A DNA stretch of 64,000 bases from Amoebophrya sp. A120 (Eukaryota; Protista; Dinoflagellata): contig CAJINV010000005.1 of NCBI GenBank assembly GCA_905178155.1, forward strand, positions 6,656,153 to 6,720,152, written 5' to 3'. Under the pieces are notes generated by a model, which was not told the origin of the DNA, made no database searches, and worked only from the letters and a program-made list of their open reading frames with translations. Numbering within the stretch: the first letter of the stretch is position 1; every line of letters begins with the position of its first letter. A program made the position numbers and the translations under genes. Of this stretch, positions 60,128-64,000 are shown one piece after another.

Positions 60128-60990
60128 ATGGGCGGACGTGGCGGGCTCAACGATTACGACGACGATTTTTTTGAGGACGAAGATAATTTCAAGCCCGACC
60201 ACGGCGTCGTTCTTGATTACGCCAACACCGTGAGGAATTTCAACGATGAGGGTGAGGAAATCCCGAAGCCTAGCTCCTACAATATGGCCCGCGCAAATGT
60301 TACTATCTCAAACGTTACAATAGAATCTGGATTTTGTCTTGCATAGATAGAGAGCATGAGGAACTACATGCAGAGCTTTGCGCTTTTAGCAATACAAATT
60401 TCATCGCCACATTCTAATGGGGTTTCGACCTCCGGAACTTGTCATGCGAAATCCTGTGTTGAAAGTACGCTAGATGATGCACTATTTGCATCGCAAATTT
60501 CCACCATTTCTATTGTAACGTTTGAGATTGTAGTAACGGCTGAGCACGCTATATACAACCTCACGGAGCACCTTCGCGCGGACCGGAAGAAGAGGAAGCT
60601 GCCACGACATCGGTATCCTGTGCAAAAGTGTCGTGCCAGCTTGCATGACAGATCTGCTCCTTTCTTGCCAGAATCTGCATTGCAAATTCCATTTTGTTGA
60701 AAGTTGTCATGCGATATCTGCTAGCGCGATATTTTTGTATATGCATAGTTGAATGCTGGGACCGACCACGAGCTTAGGGAAAGACGCGGGGAAGTTTTCA
60801 ACCACCAGCACCGTGTGGGATTTATCAGACAGAGATAATTGCTAGCATACGCCGCGCATAAAACTTGTCATGCTGTGCAGCGCATTACAGTGCAGGTGCA
60901 CTCACTATTCCCTTTATTGCATCACAACTTTCCAGACCCAGACATCTTTGCAATGCATAGTACGTTTTAGCAATTTTCCAAGTGATATAG
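60128..60990 (+). CDS. Hypothetical protein 5' exons (three introners); 3' end uncertain, may continue into the 61545+ exons
   Basis: MGGRGGLNDY..ARANV|TAEHAIY..PRHR|MLGPTTSLGK..VWD. Confidence 0.5.
60299..60537. mobile_element. Introner family J, opposite orientation to 22031
   Basis: TIR tctcaaacgttacaatag/ctattgtaacgtttgaga; at most a 2-bp (gt) repeat; ends fuzzy. Confidence 0.8.
60614..60747. mobile_element. Introner family B, aged
   Basis: tatcctgtgcaaaag..tttttgtatatgcata; degenerate TSD atcgg/gttga; +5 rule keeps the frame. Confidence 0.75.
60823..60959. mobile_element. Degenerate family A introner
   Basis: Good right TIR ccagacccagacatctttgcaatgcata; weak left end; no TSD. Confidence 0.55.
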
Positions 60991-61544
60991 CCACGGCGGC
61001 ACGTACATCAAGGGCCTCAATCCAAGACTGAAGTTGTTCGGTATAGAAAGTTTGTAATGCAGGACAACGGTTTATCGGTTTTGGATTCAATACGAATTTC
61101 GTGTGCGTCTATTCCAATTTCTATATTATGCAATAAGAAAGCAGCTGCACAGCATTATTTGATGCGTGAAATATACTCTTGCTAGCACTTCTACATGAAA
61201 TTGATCCAAAACAAGCACATGAGAAACTGCAACACAATCACAAAAAGGTCCCAAGCCAAACCCGAAGCGGGAGCAAAATCTGGCGTCGATAGGGGAGCTA
61301 AGAAAAACAGTGGAGCACAACCAACTGAGAAACACGCTGGGGGACTTGAAGCAGAGGTCATTTTTGTGGCAGGAAGAATACAGAGTCGGTACAATTATAT
61401 TAGACGTGTTTTATTTTGGAGGATGAAGCTCGATTCGGTTTTTGTACTGTCGTATCAAGATATAGACAAACCTGTGATGCACACCCTGCAAAATAGTATT
61501 CGACTGTCATGCGGATTTACGACGAATATTGAACTACATCACAG

Positions 61545-63916
61545 CCAACGACATCACGCAAACACTGGATTTCATCGTGCGCCACGGCGGCCTATCTTGT
61601 GCAAAACTATCGTACTCGTATTGCAGTCATGCATTACAAATCTTTTTCTTAAGGTAAATCCGCATTGCAAATTTTGTTTCTCATGCTGGGGAAGTTTGTA
61701 ATGCATTTATACGAGTGCGATAGGATACTTTTGCATTTCATACGGCCCCGCGCAACGCAAATCCAGGAAAGCGCACCGGTTAGAGGGCTTCAAAACTGCA
61801 GCGGAAATCAAGAAGGAAAAGCTAGACGCCATGAACAACAACTCGACACAATCCACGCAAGCGAAGGACTATGCATTGCAAATATGTCTGGGTCTGGAAA
61901 CTTGTGATGCGGGTCGGGCAATCTATCATGAGGACGCCTCAACAATTGGCGGCTCAGCATGACAAGTTTCAGAGTTGTGCCTAGGTGTTCTAGTGTGTTC
62001 TGCATGACAAAGTGCGTTTCTGCATGACAGAAAAGTGGTGCTTTTGGGTAATGCGCATGACAGACTTTTGACTCATGCTAGCAGAGCATGACAAGCCTTG
62101 CATTCATCGTCCCGACCCAGTTATATTTGCAATGGATAAGGAGAAGAAAAAGACCACGCACACGAAAGTGGTCGCAGCGGTACAGGGGATTCGGCACGAC
62201 ATCGAGAACGCGTATGAAAACGCTTTGGACGAGGGGATTATTTCCTCCAGTAGTAGCGACGCGGGCGGGAACCAGTACGAGGCGCAGATATTACCCAACA
62301 TGTCGAATATCAAATGCAAAAATGTCTGGGTCCGGAAACTTGTGATGCTAAAACGTGCATGATAGAAACACTTCCGAATGCAGACCAGCATTACAACTTT
62401 CCGGAGCACTTTCCCATAGGCAGCCCGCATGAGAAACTGCGTTTTTGCATGACAAAAATGGCTGCGGCTTTTGTCGGTTATGCAATACAGATTTCCCAGG
62501 AATGTAAAGCTAGCATTGCAAGTTCCAACTTTACAGATCCAGACATATTTGCATTTGATATCGAAGTATCAACCACAAAAATACTGTCATCTGGGTCTGG
62601 ACGAAGGATGCGAACAATTTGCGTTGCTGGTTCTTGCATGCCAAAGCGTTCTCGGTTATACATGACAGCATGACACCAGGTTTATTTCCGATGTCCCTTC
62701 TTCGAGATTCAAACTCAAAGTCATCGGTAAATATATCGCATGACCACATCAATGCGCGATCCAGCACGAGAAGAATGCTGGCCACTCGTCCACGACCGAT
62801 TTGTCGTGCATCAAAGATCATCTCGTTGTCCTCCGATGAATATCGCATCTTCACAAATCCAGACCCAATCATGTTTGCAATGCATACAATGCACGAGGTC
62901 ATGCGGGAAGCAGCACTGGCGAGCAAGCGAGTATCGGATCGGGTGGCGGCGCCGTTCGGTGGGTATCAAATGCAAAAATGTCTGGGTCTGGAAAGTTGTG
63001 ATGCTGGGTGGCGTATCATGAGGAAGCAACAAGTGCTGGCTCAGCATGACAAGTTTCTACTGAGCTTCTAGGTGTTGCCTATTCTGCATGACAAACTGCG
63101 TTTTTGCATGACAGAAAAATGGGGCTCTTCGGTAACGTGCATGACAGATTTAAGAGTCATGCCAGACAAGCATGACAAACATGCAATTTTCCAGCCCCAG
63201 ATATTTTTGCAGTTGATAGTGGGTACAACTTGTCCATGAATGTGCACCGGCATCACCCACTGCAAGACCAGGTGAGGAAGCGGGAGCTGGATTCCTTTCG
63301 AAAAATCCAGTGGCGGAAGCAGGTACTTACTTTTTCGAAGATATAATTTATTTGAAAGACTTTGTCTTTGTCATGTAGGAGTAGGCATGAGAAGTTTGAG
63401 TTTGTCATGCAGGTTTGACATCAAAAACAAAATGCAAACAAAAACAGGCCGCGTCCAATTTGGAGGAGCACATCATGTCCCGATACTGCTTTGGGTATTC
63501 GCCGTATGAAGACAGTCGCATCTGGCCCAGCGTGCGGTTTCGCACCCACGCTTCGACGGACAAGATTTTGCGGAAGACGGATGAGTACGAATTGCAAAAA
63601 AAATGTCTGGGTTATCTGGAAGGATCCGAACTTGTAATGCGTTTTTCAGATCATGCAAAGATCTGTGATGCATAACGTGCAAAGATGCCCACTTCTGGCT
63701 ATGCTGAGAGGGTATTTCTCATGCAGAATAGGCACCACGAGGACCAAGGGGCTGTAGAACCTGTGATGCTAGGCCCTGCATTCCAGACGTGGGGGAGCTT
63801 GGAAAAACTGCATGACAAATCTCGGATGAATCTCCCAGACGCAGGCACATTTGCAGTTGATAACGAGCTGCCGGACTCGCTCTTCATGCCCGATGACTCC
63901 GACTCGGAGCTGGAAG
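61545..63916 (+). CDS. Hypothetical protein, internal exons (six introners, GT-AG intron 63323-63447); runs off the window
   Basis: Continuous frame NDITQTLDFIVRHGG|PAQRK..AKD|KKKT..NMS|K|HEVMRE..FGG|YNLSM..RKQ|AASNL..TDE|LPDSLF. Confidence 0.7.
61593..61742. mobile_element. Introner family B
   Basis: TSD cggcc/cggcc. Confidence 0.9.
61870..62138. mobile_element. Introner family A
   Basis: TSD aggac/aggag. Confidence 0.9.
62308..62560. mobile_element. Introner family A (first of tandem pair)
   Basis: TSD tcgaa/tcgaa. Confidence 0.9.
62567..62886. mobile_element. Introner family A, aged (second of tandem pair)
   Basis: TSD cgaag/caatg. Confidence 0.8.
62964..63218. mobile_element. Introner family A, reverse-complement sibling of 2609 and 20150
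   Basis: TSD gtggg/gtggg. Confidence 0.92.
63586..63862. mobile_element. Introner family A
   Basis: TSD atgag/acgag; starts tacg. Confidence 0.85.
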
Positions 63917-64000
63917 TAAAAGTGGTTTTTTTTGTATCAAAAGAAAAAAGCTCGTCACGATCACTCATGGGCATTTTTGCAAGACAAAATTGTCTGTCAT

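Noticed and set aside
2492-63974. Recurring short ORF peptides (FQTQTYLHLI, CKYVWVW, ANMSGSG, LVMQ, ICDA) as a repeat-protein family
   Set aside because: They are translations of introner TIRs and the GCATNACA motif, in varying frames and strands.
1-64000. Autonomous DNA transposase, rRNA or tRNA genes
   Set aside because: No DDE or tyrosine-recombinase ORF and no structural RNA recognisable by eye; not excluded without HMM or covariance-model scans.

Overview
Eukaryotic nuclear DNA, most likely an Amoebophrya-like syndinian dinoflagellate. This is inferred from architecture; no rRNA or other marker gene is present. About 12 protein-coding genes or gene fragments can be reconstructed, all on the + strand. 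Recognisable ones are an RSP5-like aldo-keto reductase, an ATG14/Vps38/UVRAG-like gene with an upstream broken duplicate, and a CLPTM1-like gene. The dominant feature is about 48 short (mostly 150-320 bp) non-coding elements in about 10 families. Most start TAT, end ATA, carry terminal inverted repeats (TIRs), are flanked by 5-bp direct repeats (TSDs), and share an internal GCATNACA/TGTNATGC motif. Nearly all lie in exons, and removing the element plus one TSD copy restores conserved reading frames, so they behave as non-canonical MITE-like introns (introners). Such introns are known from Amoebophrya. The window also shows the following. Siblings interrupt genes in both orientations. A paralog preserves empty sites. 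A copy inside a GT-AG intron has lost one TIR. Two copies sit 6 nt apart. Both non-LTR retrotransposons, plus a third GC-rich insert, sit inside introners; one is an intact 7.96-kb APE-RT-RNaseH element with a 17-bp TSD inside CLPTM1. Coordinates were read by eye. Exact splice junctions are ambiguous within the TSD and need RNA data.
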